Assembly: GCA_964276515.1 (NCBI GenBank)
Contig: OZ193909.1
Location: forward strand, 3,720,001-3,784,000
DNA: 64,000 bases
Direction of reading: 5' to 3'
Source: Gordius albopunctatus
Lineage: Eukaryota
Shown here: one piece after another, positions 37,358 through 49,200 of the stretch
How positions within the stretch are numbered: position 1 is the stretch's first letter
Layout of the letters: each line of letters begins with the position of its first letter
Program-made: the position numbers and the translations under genes
Notes under the pieces: model-generated
What the model saw: the letters and a program-made list of their open reading frames with translations, nothing else
Database searches by the model: none
Told to the model about the DNA's origin: nothing

Positions 37358-38133
37358 TTTTCCTAGTATGCGCATCCATTTTCAAAAATGCTTTTCTTAT
37401 AGTTAGAATTACACACACGTTTGGTAATGTGTTTGTTCAGCTAGCAAAAATAAAAATTTGTCAAACAACATGGATGAAAGATGTAAAAAACTTTTTAAGG
37501 GTGCAGCCTTAAACACTCTAAGTTTCATATTACTTATAAAAAGTAACTTTTTAATCTTAAAATTAGGTATAGAAAATGAAAAAATGGTGAATATTAAGTT
37601 CTTTTTATAAAGAATCATGTTCAAAATATCGACAGTTTATAATACTGACAGCATAACAAATTAGACATTATTTCTAAAATAAAAATTAGCAAAAAATATA
37701 TGAACATATGCAGGCGCGTAGCCAGGATTTTCTCAAGGGGGGGGGGATTTCAAAAAAAAATTTATAGCATTTTTATTTCAACAACAAAAATATAAATTCA
37801 AAAAATATAAAATTTGCATATAAAATAAAAAGAAATTTATTATAAAATAATTTTATATTTTCTTTTCCTCATTGAAAAAATATTAAGAAATTCCTACTCC
37901 CGATGAATTGTCAATAAAGCCAATCCATTTAATCTATTATTAGACATGGTATTTCTAATGTAAGTTTTTAGCCTCCTCAGCGTTGAGAAGCTTAGTTCAT
38001 TATTACACGTTGTGATTAGAAGGCAGGCTAATAGATATAGAAGGGTCGTTATATTTGGTAGGGATTTTAATATATTATGTTCGGATAAGGCGTTTAAAGG
38101 ATTCTTTGGACGAGATCCTGCTGAGATCTATAC

Positions 38134-41100
38134 CATAGACTGCCGAACAGCTGATAATTCAGAAGTAACTATTAAAGCCGCCATGCTTGTGGAAATCTTT
38201 AACTGCGTATAGAACTTAGCGTAATGTATTTTGTTCTATTTTACTACATTTTATTTTAAATTTATAAATTAAGTTACTAAATCATAAAAAAACATTTAGT
38301 AAAGAAAAAATATAATTAAGGAAAGAGAAAACACCATTGTTTTTGAATTTGAAAAATATTTTAAGAAAAAACGAATATTTTACGATTTAGAATGATAAAG
38401 AGAAATATAAATATAGCGCCATCTATAATATATTTTATTTGAAGTATTAATCAAAAAAGATACAATTTTACATAAAACGATACCGGGCATCATGCAAGAT
38501 TTAACAAGTAAATATATATTAATAAATTAACTAATTGTGAATAAAAAAAATTACTGTCCCGTAAAAATAATAGTTTTATTTAATTTTTGCCTAATGTTAC
38601 TTTTAAATTCTTGGTTAGAAATATTGCAAAAATTATGAAATAAAATTTTGCTATATGTATTAACTATTAATTTAACTAATAATTGTAAATGATTTAGAGA
38701 GCCTACTTCCTGATCAACAATATGATTATTTAAAGATGAAAAAATGTTAGATCCAATTAATGAATGAAAAATCTTAATTTCTATTATAAATAAAATGCTT
38801 TTAGAAAAAAGTTTATTTTTATTTTTTAAAACTTGAAATATTAATTGGGTATATTTGCAAATCTTAATAACATCAGTGGACGGGACAATTAGTCCACCTT
38901 TGTTTTTTAAATTAATTAATAGATAATCTAAAGATAAATGGGGTTGACAATTAATTAATGATTTAATACAAATTTTACAAGTTACTTTTTTGCGCAAAAT
39001 CATTTGCCTCACAATGTATCCACCGATATAAGAAGAAATACAGGAAATATAAGGTGAAATTAAATTGATATTTATTTCGGCGTAATTTATATCTTCTAGT
39101 TCATTCAAATCCTCATTAGGCTCGATAAAACTTGCATCAGCAATAGATGTTGCATCCTGCGGAGAAGAGTTTCCGGAGAAGGGGTAATATATTTTAGTTA
39201 AAAAAATTTTGTTTAATGCTTGACACAATTGTGTAGCCGAAGGATTGTTATTGTTATAACCTCGGGCCCTGATTAACCCAAAAAAACTTTCTAGGTGGTC
39301 TTGGGAAAGTTTATAAGTCAATAGATACCTAAGTTTTTATAAATGGTTAGAATAAATATAATTACTTTAGAGGAGGTTCGGTCTTGACCAAAAGATCAGA
39401 TGCAAGCAATTGAATTGCTTGCATATCTATTAACATCCCTAAAATTCCTATTTTTTTATTTGATTGTATAACAGGTCTTCCGTCTGGAAGGCACAAACTT
39501 CGCAAATATTTTGCACAATTAAAATAAAACTCATTTAAGTTAGCTAAGGATTCCTTGTATAAAGGCTTTTTATTGCCCTTATGCAGAGCATTCCGTGAAT
39601 TAAGGGTATCAAATAGTCTTAAAGATAAATTAGTAACAAATTAATAATCATACTGATTCATTATAAGGACAAACTCAATAGTTGCCTGGCAATCCTGGAA
39701 TGAGACAGGATCTATATCCCTGGCAAATTCCATAGCATTCGCGACAGATTCTGAAAAGAGCTGTGCTGCAAGTTTTACCTTCAATAAGTTTATTTAAATG
39801 ATATAAAAACCAACCTTCATCCTTTGATTATGAAAATAGACATGCTGTTTGGTAAGCTTGTTAGCTGCTCTCATCCCTTGTTGTTGTTGTAATTGATACA
39901 ACCTTACAACAAATTTCCATTCAATTCTCTATCAAACATATATATAATTTAAATAAATATGAATAAACCTTTCCCTCATAATTTACAAGATAGTCGACTT
40001 GCTCAAATAAATTTCTGACTAGTTTGAGCATATGGCATGCATCAAACATAAAATATATTTTTTCAGTGGTACAGGTGGGGTTTATGAAATAAGGACGCAG
40101 AGATTCAACATCAAAGGATACCTGTTGATAAATTTAGTTTTACAAAAAATCAGATATTGTATTTTAAAAAATGGTAAGCAATGAATAAAAAATTAAATGT
40201 AGTAGTGAAATTTAATTTGATATTTCAATCAACTTAAATTTAACAAACAGGAAATAAAAATATTAATCAATACATGTACTAAGAGCTTGTGTAAATAAAT
40301 TGCATACCCCCAAATTTTCTGCCATCCTTTTGTTGGCTGATAGTCCGTCACAGGTCAGATTTTTGCAAATGACCCCACAATCTTTTAACAGCTCTAGTGT
40401 ATCTTTTATCAGGGTTACTTGTAACTGGGCAGTGACACTACCCACAAGGAAATACCCAAGGGGTATCTTCCAGTGGCCATTAATGGCAACTGCCATTATA
40501 AATAAAGCACTTTTGGCTTCTGGGAGCAAATTTGATGGTATCCCCTGGCCTACGTCCACACACCTAAAACATATTTAAAAAAAAAATTTAACTCCTTGAT
40601 ACCCTTCAAAGCCTTTTTTATAATCTAGATGGCGTCTGATGGCCATTTCATCTAATGTCAGGGAAATATATAGTTGATATGTTACATTGGCTTGTAAATC
40701 TTTTAATATATTAAAAGCTTCTTTTAAAAACCCTGAAAATAAAATATATAGATTTTGAAAAAAATTGTTAACATATATTATAAGCATTCTACACATAAAA
40801 GATATTTAAAATGTATATGTACCTGGCTTTATGTTGTCATTTACACACCATTTTCTAATAGAGCTCTCCGTTGGCATACAAATGACACTCCGAATATACT
40901 TGTAGGCTTGAGGTGAGTAGTAATGAAGGGTTATTGCGAATCTTTTCATTTCTTCAGAATAAGCTTTGTTTAAGGGATTATAAACACCACCAGATTTCAA
41001 GTGTGTATTTAGTATTGAAGTCAGAGGAGTATCACCAAAATAATTGGTAATAATATCACCCCCTTCTCCTGGAATTAATGCTTTGCTCTCAAGATGAGCA

Positions 41101-42056
41101 GCCAAATCTTTAAGAGTCTTGAGTTTCTTTAATTGGCGATAATTCTTATTTTTTAGAGTTTTCACAGTTCTTTTTAAATACTTTATAAGCATGTCCCTTC
41201 TCCTTTCTTTCTTAAAACTCATTGCATATGAATGATCTTGCATTACTAAAATAAATTTTAATGAAAATTTACAAATTAAAATTACTTGTATTTAATGTTT
41301 TGCTCATTATCTTGGGGAAGATATTTAAGATCTAAATTTATGATTTTATTATATGTTTATATATTATAACGATAATATACAGTTTATAAAATAACAGGAA
41401 AAAAATATGATAATGTATCTAATTATTTACTTGCTTTGGGGGAACATTTGTTACATCTGTTAATCCTGATGACTGATCTAGTTGAATTTAATTCTGATTT
41501 AATATTTACCTTGAATAAATTTTGGGATGGCTCGGTATTTCCTTGATCTAGAGACTGATTCAATAAAGTCTGGCATAGCTCAGTATTTCCACGATCAAGA
41601 GACTGTTATAGTTAAATTGTATTAAGATTTAATAATTACTTCTAACAAATACAGAGATGGCACCGATGGCACAATATTTTCTTTGAGATAATTTTTACTT
41701 CTATTTTTAATAAAATCCTGGGGTTGAAAGTGCTTACTGCATATACTTGAATGTTGTTTCAATTTAAATTTAGGGCCCATCAATTTAATCCATTTGGACA
41801 AAATCTCTGGATCTTTTGGAAATCTAAAAATATACATAAATTTATTTATAATTACTTATGAAATGACAGACTTTTGCTATTTTCTTTGTTAAGGTAAGAT
41901 ATGCAGTTCTTTACTGAGCAAGACCTCATATTCCTAAAAAATTTGTTTTAAATTTATCAATTTTAATTTTACCTTAATTTCAAGAATTTCCTCTTGGGCG
42001 ACTTCCTAGGTTACTTTTTTATATTAATGTAAAAAACAGCTGTTCGGCAGTCTATG
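38134..42056 (-). mobile_element. P-superfamily DNA transposon, 3923 bp, with perfect 20-bp TIRs CATAGACTGCCGAACAGCTG
   Basis: TIRs at 38134-38153 and 42037-42056 enclose a complete THAP9/P-type transposase gene. Confidence 0.92.
38551..41929 (-). CDS. THAP-domain P-element transposase (THAP9-like), 13 exons, 889 aa, apparently intact
   Basis: Exons 41929-41856, 41823-41640, 41602-41510, 41472-41431, 41331-41286, 41245-40823, 40732-40603, 40563-40308, 40121-39969, 39928-39815, 39778-39654, 39617-39366, 39328-38551 total 2670 nt, all GT-AG, no internal stop. THAP motifs (CSVKNC, FHKFP, W, ICSKHF, VPS); LDEM; TCDG; FDACHMLKLVRN; MKVKLAAQLFS; LFDTLNS; SQDHLESFF; CKIC. Confidence 0.88.
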
Positions 42057-44899
42057 GTATTATTAGTCTATGGGCCATATACCAGATATTGAATTCTGCT
42101 ATGAGATCTTCATTACTCCCTTGGAGATCATTTGCATAAAACTCCGATAGAAAATTTATTTTTAATCGCGTTACTGGTGAAACAATAAAGGAATTTCGGG
42201 GAAATAAAATTTCGAAATTTTCCAAAACTAGTTTCTTGTCCAGAGACCGTTTATTCAATTTGGTAACAAAAATATCGTGTAATGGTATAAATACAGTAAT
42301 TTTGTAGTATTCTTGAATGAATTCAGTATTAATGTTACTTCTACAAGTTTGTTTTTTTGCAAACCGAGGATTTTTGAGCTCGAAATCATACAACTTGGCC
42401 TTGTCTTCAGCGACTAAAAAAACTTGTTGAAACTCTTCATCAACGTTGTTTCTGATTAATTTAATTTGATCTACTAAAGTCTCCGCCAACTGTGTAACTT
42501 GTTGAAGATCCAAGTCACTTTTTTGCAATTGCTTGCATAAAATAGATGTGTAGCCAAATAGTTTATTCATGCATAAAAGGGAAATTAAATATTCTGACTG
42601 CCGTAGAGAAGTGAGCAACGTTGCATCTTCTGTTGCAACAGCGTGGTCATAACAGGTTGAAATTTTTTCCAATGCCGGATATATGCCATCTTGAAATAAA
42701 ATATGGGTGGAAACGGCATCGTACCGTGATGCCCAGCGGGTCGCACACACTTGCTTTAATTTTTCTATAGGAGGTTTGTCTTCCAATTTTGACAACATTT
42801 CAATAAGAACCTGACGACGTTTCGGATATTTAAAAACATCGTAAACTTTAGGAACAATCCCTATTAAAAAAATATATTTTAAATATAATCTATATATTAC
42901 CCATGCAATTCCGTATAGTGGGAATGGTGCAAGCATCTGATAGAGCTAAATTTAACGAATGTGAGGCACAATGAACATACAATGCCGTTGGGTATGTTTT
43001 CATTATGCATGCTTGAACACCGTTAAACTTCCCGCTCATATTCCGGGCCCCATCACAGCCCTGACCTCTTAACAAATTTATATTAATATTTATATCCTTT
43101 ATGTTTTTGATAATTAAATCTCCTAGCCCCTTTCCTGTTGTGTCAATAACTGGGATAAATTGCAAAAAATTTTCTTTTATGGCTAACGTTGAAGTATAAA
43201 TATAACGGGCGCAAAGGGACATTTGCTCTACCCCTGCAATATCCATAGATTCATCACAGAGAATCGTGAAAAGGGAGATTTGTTAATTTCATTGACTAAT
43301 TTATTGAGGATTAATTCATTACAAATGGTTATAACCTCATTTTGAAAATGAGGACTTAGGTAAAGGGCATTTTTCAAAAAGTCTGAAAGTACTGGGTCCC
43401 CATTAGCCCAGTATCTTAAGAAGGCCCTAAAATTACCGGAATTATTATTTTGTACATCAGATTTAATAGGTCCAGAATCTTTATGGCCTCTTAAGGCCAA
43501 TCCTTGAATCCCCAATGTCAAAATAGTATCAATGATGGGAGCTCTCTTTAATCGATTTTCTTTAGCTTGCGTTTTGCGCTGGGAGTCCAATTGAGTTATG
43601 ATACAAAGCTTTTTCCCATCTCTAATTGATTTTAAAGATATGGCTGTCTGTATTGAGTCTATGTGATATGAATTTTTTTCGTGTAAATTAAAAATTTCCG
43701 TAGCATCTTTCCATCTTCTGAATGGTTCAGAAACTAGCCCCTTCAACTTTTGTTGCCCCTTTCCACCAAATTTTAGGCGAAAAAGTACGCATGTTTTACA
43801 GAATACCCCATTTTCATTTGGCGAATAGACAAGCCAGCTCCATTTCTGAAACCAGGAGTATTGAAATTTTAATTTTTTAGAGTGCTATCACGAGGAAAAT
43901 TGAACAAAATGGTTTGATAAATCTTATCCTCTTCAATATTTTTATTATTTACATATAAACTTATGTCATAGGGGAAAGGGTCGTTTGAATCTAAATTTAA
44001 TTATTTAAAAAGATTTAAAATACAAAATCGACTTTTCATAAACTTAGAAAATATGTATAATTATAAATACCATTTGGTTTGATTATTAAAGGTAAAATGC
44101 CAGTCTCAATAGTATCTTGTGATAAATTATGTTGGCTAACTTCTATAAGTATAAAATACATAAATAATATAATAAAAAAAGTCTTTAAGAAATTATAGAT
44201 TAAACTAACATGATTTATTTTTATAAATATAAATAAATTTTCACAAAAATAATATATAGCGGAAAATTTCATTTTTTAAATTTTTTTTATCAAATGTATA
44301 AATAGAAAGAGCATTAAATTATTATCACTTAATAATAACAACATAAATCATTATAATTAATTATTCTTAATCTTAGAATAACAAATTACCAGCTATGGTG
44401 TCGGAAGATTTTTGGGGAAATAATCGTGAATTTTCATTTTGCAAGTGAACAATTGAAAAAGGAAAAAGACAATAATGGTTCATAGTTTTTTGGTCGAAAT
44501 TTAATTCAAAAACGGAAAATAATATTTACTTAATTTATAATTAAAAATAAATTAATAAGTGTTTTACTTAGTCATTTATTGTAACAATAAAATAAAAACT
44601 TTGAATCTAAAAAGTTTTTATAATTTTTGCCAAGGGGAGGGGGAATACTTAATATATTCAATACTAAATTATATAATTAATAAATACAAGTTAGTTTAGT
44701 AAAGGGTGGTATATAATTAAGTGTATATAATAAAATATATGTAATAATATAAAAGCAATTTCTACATATTTAATATATTAAATACTAAATTATATAATTA
44801 ACTAATACACATAATTTGGTATGGGATAGGTATAATTAAGCAATATATAATAAATTTAGGTATTATATAAACGATATCATCCGAGTGCTATCTCATGCC

Positions 44900-46180
44900 T
44901 CTAGATTCTTGTTTACAAGTTAATTAATGGAATATTTAAAATGGTAATTGATATAGTTTGAAAGTATAATCTCAGCTTAAACACATAAAAGATTTGCTAA
45001 AGTTTTTTTCTACTTTAATAGAAAACATATTAAATTTTAAAAGGGCAATCTCTCTAGCCATTAGATTATAGAAGATATTCTTACAATTTATGATGCTATA
45101 TAACTTAATTAGGTCCTTAAAGATTGTAAAGGGATCATTAATATGATTAGTATCAATGTGCATGTGAATCTATGATCATTTTTATTAAGTTTTTGCTATT
45201 ATTTTAAAGAAAATTTATTTATCCCTGAATCACTAACTATATCTATTTTATTTTTATCTACCTCAACTAATGTTTACTTATTGATGTACTGTTATATTGA
45301 TATATAAGATGATTGATGGATGAAACTCTTACATCAATTTTTACATTTAATGCTTACAAAAGAGCCTAGAAAAAAAATGCTTTAAAATCTTCTTGTTTTA
45401 AAAAGGTATTATTAGAAAATATTATAGAAGGTTGTGAAAATCTGGTAACTATCCATAAACTTTTTAAGAATGTTAAAAATTTTATTTTTTACCAAACTTA
45501 ATTTCAAGAAATATCAATAATTTAGACTTTATAGCATTTCAAACTTTAAACTCTTATCTCAGCTCAGTATTTTGTGCAATCTTTTGCCAGAGATTTTAAA
45601 TTAAAAGTTTCACATTTAAAAAGTAGTACTTTTGCAAATCCCAATTTATTTTAAGACTTTCATATGTCTATGCTGACTATATTGCTACTTAACATACATT
45701 GTAGACTTTTATTTGGTATAACTATTGTCAGTATAATGACTTGACTTGTGTCTCATTCATGTAAAATATTAGAAATACTAGGCAAATTTATAATAAGGCA
45801 AGGATATGCCATTCAGACTATGAAGCTGTTGAAGGGCAAGAGGCCTCTTTTGACTTGTCATATATAGGCATGAGGAGTAATACAAGAGTACTCCCCCTTT
45901 TTGGGGCCTAAGATATTCTGGGCAAGCCATTAGGTTAATAAATATAAATTAATTGAATCTTAGATAAAAATACATATTTTGTGAAGATGAATAGAATAAA
46001 TGAAAAAAAATAAGTAGTATAAATATAAAGAAAAACCTCTGTCCATTTGAAACATCCATAATTTGTGGATTATCAGTAGGTATCAAACAGCTTTCTTTGA
46101 TTTTTAGGAGTGGCCACATTTTGCTGATATAAAAAAGATCACAAAAATTCAAGACTACAATACTTTGTGGCTGTCCTTGC
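44900..46180 (-). other. Highly decayed coding-like remnant, possibly a MULE-type transposase; a further piece may lie at 53250-53870
   Basis: Only scattered motif-like fragments (LWQKIAQ; SNSAAIRKTL) amid many stops. Confidence 0.25.
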
Positions 46181-46206
46181 CTAACTAAAACTGTAGGCAG
46201 TATTCT

Positions 46207-49200
46207 CCGATAGTTGGTAGAAACACCTATTGACTATCTCTTTAGTTTCCATAACTTTATTGACTTGTCCATTCCACGTGACACGGGGTCGTCCTCTTCC
46301 TCTCTTCCCCGGTACCTCCATTTCCAGTACATTTCTATTTACGTCATCCGTATCCCTCCTTAGTATATGCCCATTACACCTTAGCCGATTTTCGTTAATC
46401 ATGTCCGCCATAAATTGAATACTTATTTTTGTCAAGAGAGAGTCATTCATCATATGGTCGAGTTTAGTATACCCCAAGCTCCACCGTATCATTCTCATCT
46501 CCGTGGCTTGTAATAGCTTTCCTTCCGTGGTGCTTGATGCCCATGTTTCACTTCCATAGAGTAACACCGGTCTTACGATAGATTTGTAAGCTTTGCACTT
46601 CAACCATATTAACATTTTCTTGTCGCAAATTACACCGGATATACTTCGCCATTTAAGCCATCCTTTTTGGATCCGGGAAACAGACGCGCATGGTGCAGTT
46701 GCAGTATACAACATCTCCTACCCCCTTAAGTTATTCCATATCTTTCTATAGGTTTTCGGATTCGTGTAGATCGCCGGACCGTTATTTCGGGTGAGGGTAT
46801 AGGTGAATGAGGGGAGTCCATACGAGGGGGTAGAGGTGAGGGCAGGGGTGGAATGAAAACTAGCATATTATCGCTAGCTTCATCATGTGGTAGGTTAGGC
46901 TGTTGCGGGATGGTGGCGTCAAGTAAATCACTGTGTTCATGTTGTGGTAGATCACCCGGTATTGCGTGTGAAATGTCAGCCCATCGATCCTCATCCTTTA
47001 GCGTGTTTGCGTCATCTAAAGATTTTCTAATATGATCACCATGTATCTTCCATAATGCTCCATTATCCATTTCTACCATGTACGATACAGGGCCTAAGAT
47101 TTTTACTATTTTTCCCGTTGCCCATAATTTATCATTAGTTGTGAAAGTTCTAACCCACACTCTATCTCCAATTATAAATTTCCGTTTGATGGGTGCCAAC
47201 TCGTCTTTGTCAAGACCAGTTACATGTGGGTTGAGTAAATTCAATGGACCGATTGGTTGTATTTTGATTAATAGATTGGCTGGAGTTAATCCAGTTGTTG
47301 GGTGAATGGTATTCCTATAAGAAAACAGAAAGTTATATAATTTATCGTTTTTAAAATTTTTAGTTTTGTTCAAGAACTCCTTAAATGTTCGAACAAAACG
47401 TTCAGCTTCTCCGTTGGATCGAGGATGATACGGGCTGGAATATGCGTTACGAATTTTATTTGTTTTGCAGTATGTTTTAAATTCGGTGTTTGTAAATTGA
47501 GGCCCATTGTCTGTAGCCAAGGTGCTAGGTACTCCGAACCTCGAGAAAATAGCTTCGAGAGCGTTAATAGTGCTTGATGTTGTTATCGTTGTCATAGGGA
47601 TCACCTCGGGCCATTTACTGTAGGCGTCAATTACAATTAGGTAATAATACCCATTAATTGGACCGCAAAAATCGGCATGTAATCTAGATCATGGTTTTCC
47701 CGGGTTTTCCCATTTTTGCGTTGCTAATTCGGTTGTGCCAGTAAACCATTGTTGACAATCCGAACAGTTTTGAACATAACCTTCTATATCTTCATCAATA
47801 CCTGGATACCAGAGATGTTGACGAGCCAAAATCTTTGAACGACTCATGCCTGGGTGTCCTAAGTGGATTCGTTTCAAAATGGTTTGCCTTAATCCTTGAG
47901 GAATAATAATTCTGTATCCCCAAAATATGCAACCTTTTAAGGTGGTGAGTTCTCTTTGCCGTTGTTGGTAAACTACTAGATCTGGAGTAACTTTTTTCGG
48001 CCAGCCATGGAGTATATAGTTATAGACTTGTCCCAGGATAGGATCTTTACGAGTATGACGCTCTATGTCGGCGGATGTAATGGGGAAAAGTTGGAATGGT
48101 TCTTCATAAATGGTGTGTATATCATCTTCTTCTCCTTGTTCTAGCGTTTCTTCAGATTGTATCGGAAGCCTGGATAACATATCAGCTTGTGTATTTTCCT
48201 TGCCAATTTTGTATTTTATGGTATAATGATAAGGTGTTGTTAACAAGGTCCATTTCTGAAGTCTTGCTGACATGCCTTGTGATATATTTTTATTCGGGTT
48301 GAATATTGATATTAATGGTTTGTGATCTGTAAGTAAGGTAAAATGGAGGCCATATAAATATTCCTTAAATTTATTAAAAGCATAAATGATGGCTAAAGCT
48401 TCTTTTTCAATTTGGCTATAATTTCTTTCACCAGCGTTAAGGGTGCGGGACGCAAAAGCAATAGGGTGCTGATAACCTTTAATTTCGTGGGAAAGTACTG
48501 CGCCGAGTCCCTCAGATGAAGCATCCGTTGAGAGTATTAGCGGTAACTCGGGGTCAAAATGTTTTAATATCGGCGCCTTGATAATGGCTTTTTTAATGTC
48601 ATTGAATGCATTTGTACAGTCTATGGACCAATTCCAAGCTACTGTTTTCCTTAGCAGTTTATAAAGAGGTTGTGCTAAAAAAGAGAAATTTTTTATGAAT
48701 TTCGCGTAGTATGTTCCCATACCTAAAAAAGATTGTAATTCTTTTATTTTAGTTGGGGCTGGTGCTGCTAAAATTGCTTTAGTATTCTTGTCAGTGGTAA
48801 AAATTCCGTCTTTACTAATGGTATGTCCTAAATATTCCACTTTTTTTTCCAAAAATTTACACTTGCCTAATTTTAGTTTTAGGCCTGACTTTTCCAATTC
48901 TTTAAAAACCTTTTCCAATTTTTTATTATGGTCCTCTACTGTCTTACCAGCTATCATAATGTCATCTAGGTAAACTACTATTCCCTTATTATTTCTAAAT
49001 AATGAATCCATAAATCTTTGAAAAATAGCAGGGGCCGAGGCTATGCCAAAAGGTAATTTAGTATATTTAAAAAGGCCCCTATGCGTATTAATTGCTAACA
49101 GATTTTGAGAATTTTCGTTAACCTTTATTTCGAAATAGGCATCCTTGAGGTCCAAAACGCTAAAATATTTAAAACCGCCTAGTTGAGCAAATATATCCTG

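Larger units (their letters stand above)
37711..44000 (-). mobile_element. hAT DNA transposon (ZMYM1/THAP12-like transposase), interrupted by a P element; transposase has frameshifts
   Basis: WLVYSP..NGVFCKTC, LRGH, EQMSLC, GQGCDGA..MSG, HCASHSLNL and TRWASR in 42057-43900. The hAT dimerisation domain (ELSFSTLRRLKTYIRNTMSNNRLNGLALL) resumes below 38133. hAT-like terminus CAGGCGCGTAGCCAGG at 37711; the other terminus was not found. 40-nt intron at 42861-42900. Confidence 0.82.
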
